This document shows, piece after piece, positions 28,101-36,900 of a stretch of DNA of 52,876 nt. The position numbers and the translations under genes were made by a program. Origin of the DNA: Candidatus Pacearchaeota archaeon (GTDB lineage: Archaea > Nanobdellota > Nanobdellia > Pacearchaeales > GW2011-AR1); contig JASFEO010000006.1 of the NCBI GenBank assembly GCA_050124795.1, forward strand, positions 1-52,876, in the 5' to 3' direction. The notes beneath the pieces are model-generated. The model saw nothing but the letters and a program-made list of their open reading frames with translations. It did not search any database and had not been told where the DNA came from. Within the stretch, counting starts at the first letter, position 1, and each line of letters starts with the position of its first letter.

Positions 28101-28561
28101 ACAATATGTTTAACTATCTTATCTACATTGTTTTTTTAATTGTCCTCCTTTACTCTGCTATTAAAATAAAAGAAAAAATTGATTGGAAGAAATTAAGTAA
28201 AAAAGAAGAGATTTCAAAAAGTCTTGAGTTTATAAAAGAAGCAAAAGAAGCTTTGAAACAAAACCGCCTGGAAGCTGCTAAATATTCTTATTACAAAATA
28301 AAAGAAATTTATTCAAAGCTCTCTGAAAAATGCAAAATTAAAATGCAAAAAGAAATAATTAAAATAAAAATTGGAATTGATAAAAGAGAAATTATAAATT
28401 TAGTAAAAGAATATGAAAACTTAAGGAGGGAAAATCAAATAAGCGAAGCCAAAATAATTTACAGTAAAATACAAAGAACATATAAAACATTGCCAAAAAA
28501 ATACCAGGAAAAAATTTACAGGAGAATTTGCCCGGCATCTGTTGATGATTTTTTTAAATGA
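25142..28561 (+). CDS. Large single-pass surface glycoprotein with Ig/PKD-like domains
   Basis: Signal peptide, acidic low-complexity region, WIVPHLS, two GxYxWxxxC Ig repeats, TM and a helical tail; C-terminal half paralogous to 427..2775. Confidence 0.8.
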   Translation: MKIKKYLSIGVILFFVMNIVIANEAMTSSITQDESSEQINSNSEQASEEINTESQTQNIEQKVNPEDNEINPKTTSQENDVTPPTKITSEEITENPEEVATDTENGDINLEIVSNAINEKQENASKEEVENTTEIQEISSKTNQSSEIKIGSNDSSKIKEINSPSKTVENFSEENNSEIENLSLKENQGYYINIDNVENSKSSPLSNIAKTQEKDENNFENKTQLLALYNNDGKIAIKGEIPANFTNAITKKEKIIDSKNFSKEFTIKSSEHLNSELIVYSDIPESKKENIKVYWKNEDKEVKIKEYLDENNNELIERISWIVPHLSEQVFEIRIETEILGNSTSGEIELNVINSPNINAKNPINFKFSIDYNGNKTLNCSLRLYNSTDSLTYSFSNEKPISEELEIPNGDYNWTATCLEEEDSSNKDSKSGNFTINEEPLTIYGMQEIYLTNDDIDFSLTGGYDLSNITLFYEDDSNIAYQKNNTSEKNIPSSAIQNPGKYILKIKSTGNEKPTQITTKEFSVASAEINLEKEKIEIDEDAKITIKINSPDEKILFAKLEYGDENYDYIAENQSNFIDTFTYSYLEEKIYNLKLTIYFDSQQFSITKQITVSDSDNTDNEKPKITLIEPANNAKFTDQTINFKYNATDNTKLKNCTYDLNYYSCPSCWGSVDYSENKSFSSNAGEATIHLHDFDVGNYTWVVTCYDNSSNSEWESRKFEIIPSGFEALTYSEETEVEEAQSRLEDFLTKIDSQGPEVKEALKDLGVYNDLSKVYSGRIQAIKIYFQTGYKTISPDKREEKNKEYLEELEEIKEKIPLDIEIIKANEYVKNSVSENLKEIIKQAILSTTPLIEKRSLNKLTENIFTIQNKFTASVTSKKLKIKYQNETREITLITKKIKTDEEDATFFEYTPKEFGKIIFITKTKELENNIFEINKENIEDNKIIYYIDDFVDIDEVKKTETILVLEVSEKNKNNITGFSIIDLKPNNMFNYLIYIVFLIVLLYSAIKIKEKIDWKKLSKKEEISKSLEFIKEAKEALKQNRLEAAKYSYYKIKEIYSKLSEKCKIKMQKEIIKIKIGIDKREIINLVKEYENLRRENQISEAKIIYSKIQRTYKTLPKKYQEKIYRRICPASVDDFFK

Positions 28562-28606
28562 TTCGATTACAATAATTTTTTTAAAACAATTTTTTATTAA
28601 ACCTAA

Positions 28607-29794
28607 ATGTTAATTCAAATTATTTTATTTTTGTTCCTTGGAATCCTTGCAGGCACTCTCACTGGCCTTATCCCTGGAATACATATAAATACAATCGGAG
28701 TTTTTTTAATTGCACTCTCAGCCTCGCTGTTAACAAATTTAAATCCAATTTATTTTGTAGTTTTTATTTCCTCAATGAGCATAACCCACACATTTCTTGA
28801 TTTTATTCCTTCAGTATTTTTAGGTTGCCCAGATAGCGACACAGAACTCTCAATACTCCCAGGACATGATTTATTAAAACAAGGAAAAGCATATGAGGCA
28901 ATAATCTTAACTGCATATGGAAGCATTTCTGCAATTTTTATTTTAATATTAATTTCCTATCCTTCAATACTAATAATTTCAAAAACATACTTTTTAATTG
29001 AAAAATTAATCCCATATATTTTAATTCTTGCCTCATTAATTTTAATCTTAATTGAAAACAAAAAATTCACTGCAAGTTTTGTATTTATCATTTCAGGAAT
29101 ATTAGGATATATTGTGCTTAATTTAGAAAATTTAAATCAACCCCTACTTCCACTCTTAACAGGTTTATTTGGTTCATCAGCTTTAATTTTAAGCATAAAA
29201 AACAAAACAAAAATTCCTGAGCAAAAAATAACAAAGCCAAAAACAAAAATTCTAAAGCCAGTTTTTCGTTCTTTAATTGCCTCCCCATTATGCAGTTTCT
29301 TGCCTGGCATGGGTTCTGGACAAGCAGCAATAATTGGAAACATAAATTCAAAATTAGATAACAAAGGTTTTTTAGTTCTCATTGGAGCAACAAATACTCT
29401 AGTCATGGGTTTTTCATTTATTTTGCTTTATATAATTTCAAAAACAAGAACAGGTGCAGCAGTTACAATTAAAGAAATCTTAGGAAATATTGAAACAAAT
29501 ATTTTAATATTAATCTTAACAATAGTTTTTATTTCAGGAATAATTTCATTTTTTCTAACAATTAATCTGGCAAAATTTTTTTCAAACAAATTTAAAAAAA
29601 TTAATTACACTTTTCTTTCAACAATTACATTAATTATTCTTCTAATAATAGTTTTTATTCTCTCAGGATTCTTAGGAATTTTAATTTTAATAATTTCAAC
29701 ATTCACGGGAATCTATTGCATTCAATTAAATATAAGAAGAACTTTTATGATGGGATGTTTAATGATTCCAACAATTTTATTTTATTTTCTTTAG
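28607..29794 (+). CDS. TctA/DUF112-family permease
   Basis: GTLTGLIPGIHIN, FLDFIPSVFLG and ILPGH motifs; many TMs. Confidence 0.85.
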   Translation: MLIQIILFLFLGILAGTLTGLIPGIHINTIGVFLIALSASLLTNLNPIYFVVFISSMSITHTFLDFIPSVFLGCPDSDTELSILPGHDLLKQGKAYEAIILTAYGSISAIFILILISYPSILIISKTYFLIEKLIPYILILASLILILIENKKFTASFVFIISGILGYIVLNLENLNQPLLPLLTGLFGSSALILSIKNKTKIPEQKITKPKTKILKPVFRSLIASPLCSFLPGMGSGQAAIIGNINSKLDNKGFLVLIGATNTLVMGFSFILLYIISKTRTGAAVTIKEILGNIETNILILILTIVFISGIISFFLTINLAKFFSNKFKKINYTFLSTITLIILLIIVFILSGFLGILILIISTFTGIYCIQLNIRRTFMMGCLMIPTILFYFL

Positions 29795-29803
29795 AATAGA
29801 AAT

Positions 29804-31291
29804 TTAAAAAAAGAAAAATAAAACCTTGGGCACATAAAGGATTTTATCTTTTTGGACAACCCCCTTAGAACTATCCAAAATTATCCCATACTTTGACTCA
29901 ACTCGCTCCATACTTTTTTTTACTTGGGACATCCCCTTTGAACCCCAACAACATTCTATCGGAACGGCACCACTATTTAATTTAATTATAAAATCTGCTC
30001 CCTTTTGATTTGCATCATCAAAACCTAAATCTTTTATTGGCGAAGTGGGTTTTTTTAAATTTAATAAAAGGGTATTAAATACACTTTCTTCAAAAAAAGT
30101 GCCTAATTGTGAACTATCTAAAATATTCAACCTTCCCATATTCCATAGTAAAACACTTCTTATATTAGGATGTTTAAAGTAATATTTTGGAGGTCTGGCA
30201 ACACGCTTTAAAGGATTATTGCTATAATATTTTTCTTCTTCAATTAAACAAGCCATTTTCAATGATTCTAAAATATTAAAAACAGTTCCTTCAGGCATTC
30301 CATCAAGCTCCCCCGAAATAGACTTTACACTATTTGTTGCAGGAGGCAAACTATTTGCCAGATATTGTAACATTGCGAAAACTTTGCTTGAAGACCTTTG
30401 CCCGATTTTGGAATAAACAGGTATGTCCTGTGTTATAACTTTATCAAAAATATTCATCCACCAATTAAAAATATTATTTGTATCATATTCTTCTAAAGAA
30501 ACTGGCGAAGCTCCAGAAATTAGATAATCTTCTAACAACTTGTTTAAATTAATATTCTCCAGTGAAGATTTTTTCATCAACTCATTATAAACAGTATCTA
30601 AAGTATATTGTGCGCTTTCTATATCACTATCTAAGGCAATCCTTATTCTCTCTGCAGTTTTTTTTGGGGGCAAAAATCTATATTTTAAATAAAGATATTC
30701 TTGAAAATTTAAAGGGCTAACTTCATCCCTTATCATTCTTCTACTTGCATCAACACTACTTTTGAGACCTAATGCAGAAGAGCCACTAACAAAAATTAAA
30801 ACATTGTTTTCCCCATCACTCCTATTGAATAAACTTGTTGAAAAATCCAGCCAACTTGGGTCATTATGGGCTTCATCTAAAAACAAAATAATTGATTCAT
30901 TTGTTTTTTCTAAAGGTTTGGCTAAAAAAAATTGTTCATATAATTCAAAAAGTTCTTGAAGAGAAGCATTGTAAATCCGATTCAAATCCCCAACATCAAC
31001 ATAAATCAATCTTTCTACAGGGATTTTAAAATTATCCCTCAAATACCGATAAGTTTGAAACAACAATGTAGTTTTGCCTACACCCCTCAACCCTGGAAAA
31101 ACTACAATTCTCTGCTTAAGAGATTTATCAATAAATTTTCTTACATACATCTCAGGCTTCAAAATAAAACTTCTTCTTGGAAGAAGGTTGCTAGTTTTAG
31201 GGTTTGTTATCTTCTTATTACACCGTTCACTTCCAGTGGAAATAAGATGATTCAAATAACTTCTCAACTTGTTTTTCTTATCAAATTCCAT
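29804..31291 (-). CDS. AAA_14/DUF4143 (COG1373-type) ATPase
   Basis: GLRGVGKTT, LFLDEAH, SGSS, PLNFQEY, KYYF, ADF...PIEC. Start moved to ATG 31291. Confidence 0.85.
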   Translation of the reverse strand: MEFDKKNKLRSYLNHLISTGSERCNKKITNPKTSNLLPRRSFILKPEMYVRKFIDKSLKQRIVVFPGLRGVGKTTLLFQTYRYLRDNFKIPVERLIYVDVGDLNRIYNASLQELFELYEQFFLAKPLEKTNESIILFLDEAHNDPSWLDFSTSLFNRSDGENNVLIFVSGSSALGLKSSVDASRRMIRDEVSPLNFQEYLYLKYRFLPPKKTAERIRIALDSDIESAQYTLDTVYNELMKKSSLENINLNKLLEDYLISGASPVSLEEYDTNNIFNWWMNIFDKVITQDIPVYSKIGQRSSSKVFAMLQYLANSLPPATNSVKSISGELDGMPEGTVFNILESLKMACLIEEEKYYSNNPLKRVARPPKYYFKHPNIRSVLLWNMGRLNILDSSQLGTFFEESVFNTLLLNLKKPTSPIKDLGFDDANQKGADFIIKLNSGAVPIECCWGSKGMSQVKKSMERVESKYGIILDSSKGVVQKDKILYVPKVLFFFF

Positions 31292-31341
31292 ATTCAATTT
31301 TTTTGAATGATTTTAGTTAATATTATTCAATTTTTTTGAAT
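31291..31341. promoter_or_regulatory. Two identical 18-bp quasi-palindromes TATTCAATTTTTTTGAAT
   Basis: At 31291..31308 and 31324..31341, immediately upstream of the ATPase start. Confidence 0.55.
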
Positions 31342-31417
31342 ATATAAATCTTACGCTTTCCAATTCCTAAGCAACTTTTATTTTTTAATTTCTTCAACAA
31401 CCTCAATATTTATAATC

Positions 31418-31786
31418 CTACTTTGATTCTTTCTTTTTCTTAGAAAATTCAAGATATTTTTCATCTGTATATTTATCATAACTTCTATTTAAAAGATATA
31501 TTGAAAGAAGAACAATTAAAATAAATAAAAGATATAAAAAATAAAGAGAAAACGCCACTTTCCAATTAGGAATATTTAAAGAAAGTAAAGCAAGATTAAA
31601 AATGAAAGAAATTAAAACAAATACTATAGGTAAATTCATAGAAGAATGAATTGCATGTTGAGTAGAAATCCAAGATAACTTTAAATCATTCTCAAGTTGA
31701 TTATAAACCTTATCTTGATTTTTTTTCCATAAAGAATATTTTATTGGAAAAAGATCATTATGCAAAATTTCAAATATTTTTTTCAT
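31418..31786 (-). CDS. Hypothetical membrane protein (2 TM)
   Basis: 122-aa ORF with two hydrophobic helices. Confidence 0.6.
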   Translation of the reverse strand: MKKIFEILHNDLFPIKYSLWKKNQDKVYNQLENDLKLSWISTQHAIHSSMNLPIVFVLISFIFNLALLSLNIPNWKVAFSLYFLYLLFILIVLLSIYLLNRSYDKYTDEKYLEFSKKKKESK

Positions 31787-31814
31787 AAATTTTAAATAGA
31801 AAATCTTTTCTTAA

Positions 31815-31883
31815 ACTTTTCCAAAAAAACCAATAACATTAATTATTCAGTGCAGAAAAAAATTTTGCCAAAGGCAAAATTTT
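31815..31883. repeat. Dispersed ~68-bp intergenic element with hairpin, copy 1 (copy 2 at 50821..50887)
   Basis: Shared 19-mer TTAATTATTCAGTGCAGAA; hairpin AAAATTTTGCC-aaa-GGCAAAATTTT. Confidence 0.75.
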
Positions 31884-32886
31884 AACTATTCCCACCAAAC
31901 CTTCTTTTTCTTTTTGAAAATTCTTTTATTGCAAAATCAATATCTTTTTTTGTAAAATCAGGAAAATGTTTTTTTAAAAAAATTAATTCTGCATAAACCC
32001 CCTGCCAAGGCATAAAACCACTAAGTCTTTTTTCACCACTTGTTCTAACAATTAAATCAGGATCAGGAACACCTTTTGTATCAAGAATTTCTCCAAATTG
32101 TTTTTCATTAACTTTTTTTGCCTTTGCAGAAAGTAACTTATTCACATTTCTTAAAATTTCATCCCTACCACCATAATCCAAACATAACTGCACATTATAA
32201 TTTTCATAATTTTTTGTCTCATTTTCTAAAACAATCAAAGCATCTCTAACTTCCTTACTAAATCTCTCTTTTCTTCCAATATGCCTAAACCTAACTTTAT
32301 TTTCTTTTGCATAATTTCTAAAATCATTTATTCCTCTTAAAAAAACATTAAACAATTTTTCATTTTCCTCTTTCTCGCGTTTCCAATTCTCAGTTGAAAA
32401 ACCCCAAAAAGAAACACAACTAACACCTAAATCTCTTGCTTCTTCAAAAAGAGAAATTAAATTTTCAGACTCTCCAGCTTTTTCATGTCCACGAAATCCA
32501 AGCAAACCCCTTCTCTTAGCCCAGCGACGATTTCCATCAGGAATAATTGCAATATGAATAGGAATATTTTCCAAGCCTCTTCTTAAAAAAACTAAATTTC
32601 TAAAACCCCTTAACTTATCAATAAAAAAATTAAAATCTTTTTTAACTTCAAAATTTTCATAATCTAAATCATCTATTTTACTTTTTTTAATTTCAGTTAC
32701 CTTTGAAAAACCAGGACTCATCTTAACCCAATCAATAAATTCATTAAAATTTTTATCAATAACAACTAAAACACTTCCATCAAAAAGATTTTTCACATAA
32801 CCATTAATTTTATTTTCAATACAAAAATTTTTTACTTTATTTCTAAATCCAACAAACTGAACTCTTCCATAAACTTTGATTCTCAT
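31882..32886 (-). CDS. uppS: Acylphosphatase-like domain fused to cis-polyprenyl diphosphate synthase
   Basis: GRVQFVGFR/GYVKNLFDGSV, then HIAIIPDGNRRWA, FSTENWKR and RTSGEKRLSGFMPWQ. Confidence 0.9.
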   Translation of the reverse strand: MRIKVYGRVQFVGFRNKVKNFCIENKINGYVKNLFDGSVLVVIDKNFNEFIDWVKMSPGFSKVTEIKKSKIDDLDYENFEVKKDFNFFIDKLRGFRNLVFLRRGLENIPIHIAIIPDGNRRWAKRRGLLGFRGHEKAGESENLISLFEEARDLGVSCVSFWGFSTENWKREKEENEKLFNVFLRGINDFRNYAKENKVRFRHIGRKERFSKEVRDALIVLENETKNYENYNVQLCLDYGGRDEILRNVNKLLSAKAKKVNEKQFGEILDTKGVPDPDLIVRTSGEKRLSGFMPWQGVYAELIFLKKHFPDFTKKDIDFAIKEFSKRKRRFGGNS

Positions 32887-32985
32887 TAAACTAATTAAAA
32901 AATTTAATTTTTAAAACTTATGAAACTAAAAAAATAATTAATCTAGAACATAAATTATTTTAAATAATAAAAATTTAATTAAATT

Positions 32986-33285
32986 ATGAACTCTTTAGAA
33001 AATATGAATGAAAGAGATGCTTTCTTAAAAATACTTGATGAAACAAGAAAACCAGGAGACACTCTTCTAAAAAAAATTGATTATTATTTTATTCCATTTA
33101 GTTTAATAAGAAGGGAAAAAAGGTGGGTTGATTTAAGAAGAATGGGTGTAAAAGAAGGAATTATTTATAATTTAAATGAAGAACAAGTAAAAAAAAGAAA
33201 AGATCAAATTACTCAATCAAAAATAATAGAAACAATTAGATGTATAGATTATATGACTATGATTTATTTTTTATTTTGTTTATAA
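32986..33285 (+). CDS. Hypothetical protein
   Basis: 99-aa ORF filling the gap, with an AT-rich upstream region. Confidence 0.5.
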   Translation: MNSLENMNERDAFLKILDETRKPGDTLLKKIDYYFIPFSLIRREKRWVDLRRMGVKEGIIYNLNEEQVKKRKDQITQSKIIETIRCIDYMTMIYFLFCL

Positions 33286-33289
33286 TTTA

Positions 33290-33856
33290 TCAACCAAAAA
33301 ACATTGAAAGAGGTCCTTTAGGTCTTTTTATAACAGGAATTATTTTTCCCTCTTCAGATTGTTTATCTCTAAAAATTGCAAAATCTTTTGCTAAATCTTC
33401 CTTAGAATTTCTCCAATCAAACTTCAATTTATTAGGATTATATGGAAGATAAGATACAGGATAAACTCCTCTTTTTTCCAGAGCATCAAAAAATAAATTT
33501 GAAATTGCTTTTTTAGTTTTTGCAGAAAAATAACCATTTAATTGAGGTATTGCAGAATGACTAAAAGAATGATATAAATCATCTTTTTTAAGAATAAAAA
33601 TTGAATGACCATAAAACCCCTTTCTAGTTTGTCCAAAAAGGTCCACTATCCTTTGTTCGTAACTAAATTTTTCCATAGAATATGCTAAAGCTAAAGAAAA
33701 TTCCAAAGCATGAGCTTTTCCAGAATCCAATACCTCTTTTGCAGATCTTACTCTATAAGGTTTAGGACAGGAAAATTCAATTTTAGCAAGATTATCAAAA
33801 ACAAGTTTTTCCCTAATTGAAAAAGGATTTTGATTTGACTTCTGAAAACTAAACAT
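33290..33856 (-). CDS. Transglutaminase-like fold protein, probably inactive
   Basis: RSAKEVLDSGKAHALEFSLALA...GHSIFI; Ala where such proteins have the catalytic Cys. Confidence 0.45.
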   Translation of the reverse strand: MFSFQKSNQNPFSIREKLVFDNLAKIEFSCPKPYRVRSAKEVLDSGKAHALEFSLALAYSMEKFSYEQRIVDLFGQTRKGFYGHSIFILKKDDLYHSFSHSAIPQLNGYFSAKTKKAISNLFFDALEKRGVYPVSYLPYNPNKLKFDWRNSKEDLAKDFAIFRDKQSEEGKIIPVIKRPKGPLSMFFG

Positions 33857-33922
33857 ACACTTATTAAAAAAACATTATATTTAAAGATTATTATAATAAA
33901 AAATATACTTTTTTAAAAATTT

Positions 33923-36900
33923 CTAGAACCACTTTTCAATACTTTCCTGTTTTTCAAGTTCTTTGCCAAAAATAGAATCAATATATCTTTTTGTTAATTC
34001 CAAATTTTGTTTCATATAATTTGACAAATTATATTTCTCTGCCAGATTAATTGCAATTTCCAAATATTTTTTTATTCCCCCTTCATGAATTGTAAAAATA
34101 ATTTTTCCCCCGCACTTTGGACAAATTCCCTTTAAAGGAGGCCGCCTCATAATTTCATTGCAAGCCACACACCTAAAACCCTGCATTGAAAACTTTCTTA
34201 AATTACCCTTCATATCTCGCAAAAAATGCCTCTCAATCATAAGCCTCGCAGTATCACTTGCATCAACTGCCCGAATTTTCTCAACCAAAGCCATCTGGTG
34301 CTCAACCTTTTCCTGCATTGTCCCCAAAGATTTATACGCTGAGCAAATAACCCCGTTATTAAAATCAGTTGTGTCATGAGTATAACCTAAATTAACAAAA
34401 GGATTCTTTCCACACCTCATGATATCTTTGCACGTCGTGATATTCTTAACTTCTGAGGAGTGCGCACCTTTTTCAGCTAATTCATATAATTCAATTGTAT
34501 AAGTTTTATTTTCAATAAATTCAAAATCCAAAATCTGGTCATCAACTTCTCCTGCATCAATCTTTGCATTTAAAACTAAAGGCGCATCTTGTGTTCCGCC
34601 TCGGTGGCTTGGCAAAAACTTTCTGGAAAAATTTAATAAAACATCTCCTAAAAGCATAACTGCTAATTCATCTCCATCACAATCACGCCTGATAGCTGCA
34701 TGCATATAAGGACTTGCATAAAGACCCAAAGAATTTGAAAAACCAATAAACCTGCAAATAACACCTGCGCAATTATGCGGCGCCATGCAAACACCAAGCT
34801 TTCCAACCAAGTCATCCTTGGTTTTAAGATTATAAAAAGAATCCAATCCATAAAAACGAGTGAGTTCATCATCAACAAAATTCGAAACATTTGTAAATAC
34901 ATCATCTGCTCTTTCATCCAAAGTCTCAGGAGAACTTGGCAAAAGAACATCATGCGGCATTAATTCCAAAATCTGCTCTTCATTAGTTAATTCCCTTCCT
35001 TCAATATCTTCAGTATATCCAAGTTCTTTTAATTTAAGAACTCCAACCCCAATTTCTTTTGGCTTAAAAGAAACCAAAGGCAATTCAGTTGCATCAAAGC
35101 GAATTGTCCCATCCTTGTTTACCTGCAAATTATGTTTTGCCCTTAAAATCCCCTTAGCCAAATTCTCCATTGTGTGTCCTTCTGAAGAAGTTCCCCTAAC
35201 ACCTTTAATTAAAAGCGGCAGCATTTCATTAGTAAAATTAATTTTTTCCTTAGCCTTTTTAAAATAATGATTTATATCAATTGACTGAAAACAAGAATCC
35301 ATTCCCTCTCTCTCACTTGACTCATTTCTCTTTTCAAATGATTTTTCTTTTGTATCTGTAAAATAAAATTTCTTTCTTGTTTTTGCCTCACAAATTTCAC
35401 AAACTGGATAAATAGTTTCCTTGTCGCACTTCTCACAATAATAAAGTGGAAACTGACTTTTAACACAACCAACTTCCATTGCAGCCTGAACACTCCTTAA
35501 TCTTCCTCCCTGAGAAGAAACAGGAAATAAAACATTCGGACTTCCTGTTAATTTTCTTAATTTTGCTTTTTCAGGACGACCCATTCTCGTTCCAATAAAA
35601 TCTCCGGACTTATCTTTAATTTCAAAGAAAGACAAACTATCAACAATTTCTAAAACATCCTCACTCTCAATTAACTTCATTTTTTCAACTTCTTCTTTTA
35701 ATAAAAATTCTTCTTTTTCTAAAATCCATAAATCAATTCCCAAATTAACAAATAATGCTTTTGAATTTTTTTCATTTATCACAACATTCTCAATTGTAAC
35801 TTCATGCTCCATTCCAATTAATTCAAGTGCTCTTTTTCCAAGGCTGAATTTTTCTTCCTCAGTTTTATTAAACGGCAAAATAATTTTTCCTCCTCGAACA
35901 ATTGAATTTCCTAACCAATTAATTAAGCCTAAAAATTTTTCATGATTTATTTCCTTCCAATAAAAAATAAATTCAGGATAAAAAGGGATTTTATATTTTT
36001 CACTAAATAAAATTGCGTCATCAATTAATACATTAAAAAAATCCTCAATTTTTTCTCCTGCTTTTTCTAAATCTAATTTCCACCATTCTTCAACATACCC
36101 TGATTTTAGCAAACCAGCATTTCTATTTATAACGTCGCTAAAAGGAAATAAAATATCTCCCAAATAAATTATTTCTTCAACATCTTTGTAAAGTTCCTTT
36201 GCTTCATCTTTTGTTTTTAATTTTCTTACACTTCCATTTTTGAGTTTTACAATCGGCCCGTCGATAAAGTCACACACAGTTGTAACACACCCCTTAGTTG
36301 GCTTTTCAATTTTTAACTGTGTTCCAATAGCAATAAAAGAATCAGTAATTGCCATTGTCGCAGGATGCAAACTAACTGCACTAAAGCCATTTACTCTTCC
36401 TCGCCCATATCTAAATCTAAAACCTCCGGACCTCGAGGGATGACCATAAACAGGTCTGCCTGCAACCAAATCCTTAATATAAGTTGGAACAGCATCTCCT
36501 ATTTTTTTTCCTTTGGCACTTGTTAGTTTTTCATGAAGTTCTAAATATTCACTTAAAAAATCAAAACCAGTTGCATTAATTCCATTTTTCTTAGCACCAT
36601 TAAGAAGTCGAAAACCTTTTGCAGCTTTTTGAGCCAGGCCTTCAGAAAAAATTAAACACATCCCCCCCCGAATATTATTTGTCTCAACTCTATCCAAATT
36701 CTTATAATTTGATACTTCAAGTTTTTCTGTTGGTTCTCCTGCAATTTGAATTGGAAGGTGTTTTGCTAAAAATTCCATCTCCTCTTCCAAAGGAAAATAT
36801 TGCAAATTCGTAACCCTCTCATGATAATCAGTATTCTCAGTAACATATCTTTTCACTTCTTCATCATTTGGGTCATATTTTGCATATCCAAATAATTCCC

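Noticed and set aside
31231-31243. Canonical-looking mini-ORB TTCCAGTGGAAAT inside the AAA ATPase gene
   Set aside because: Single copy, no clear G-string, different from this genome's own boxes and 11 kb from oriC; probably chance.
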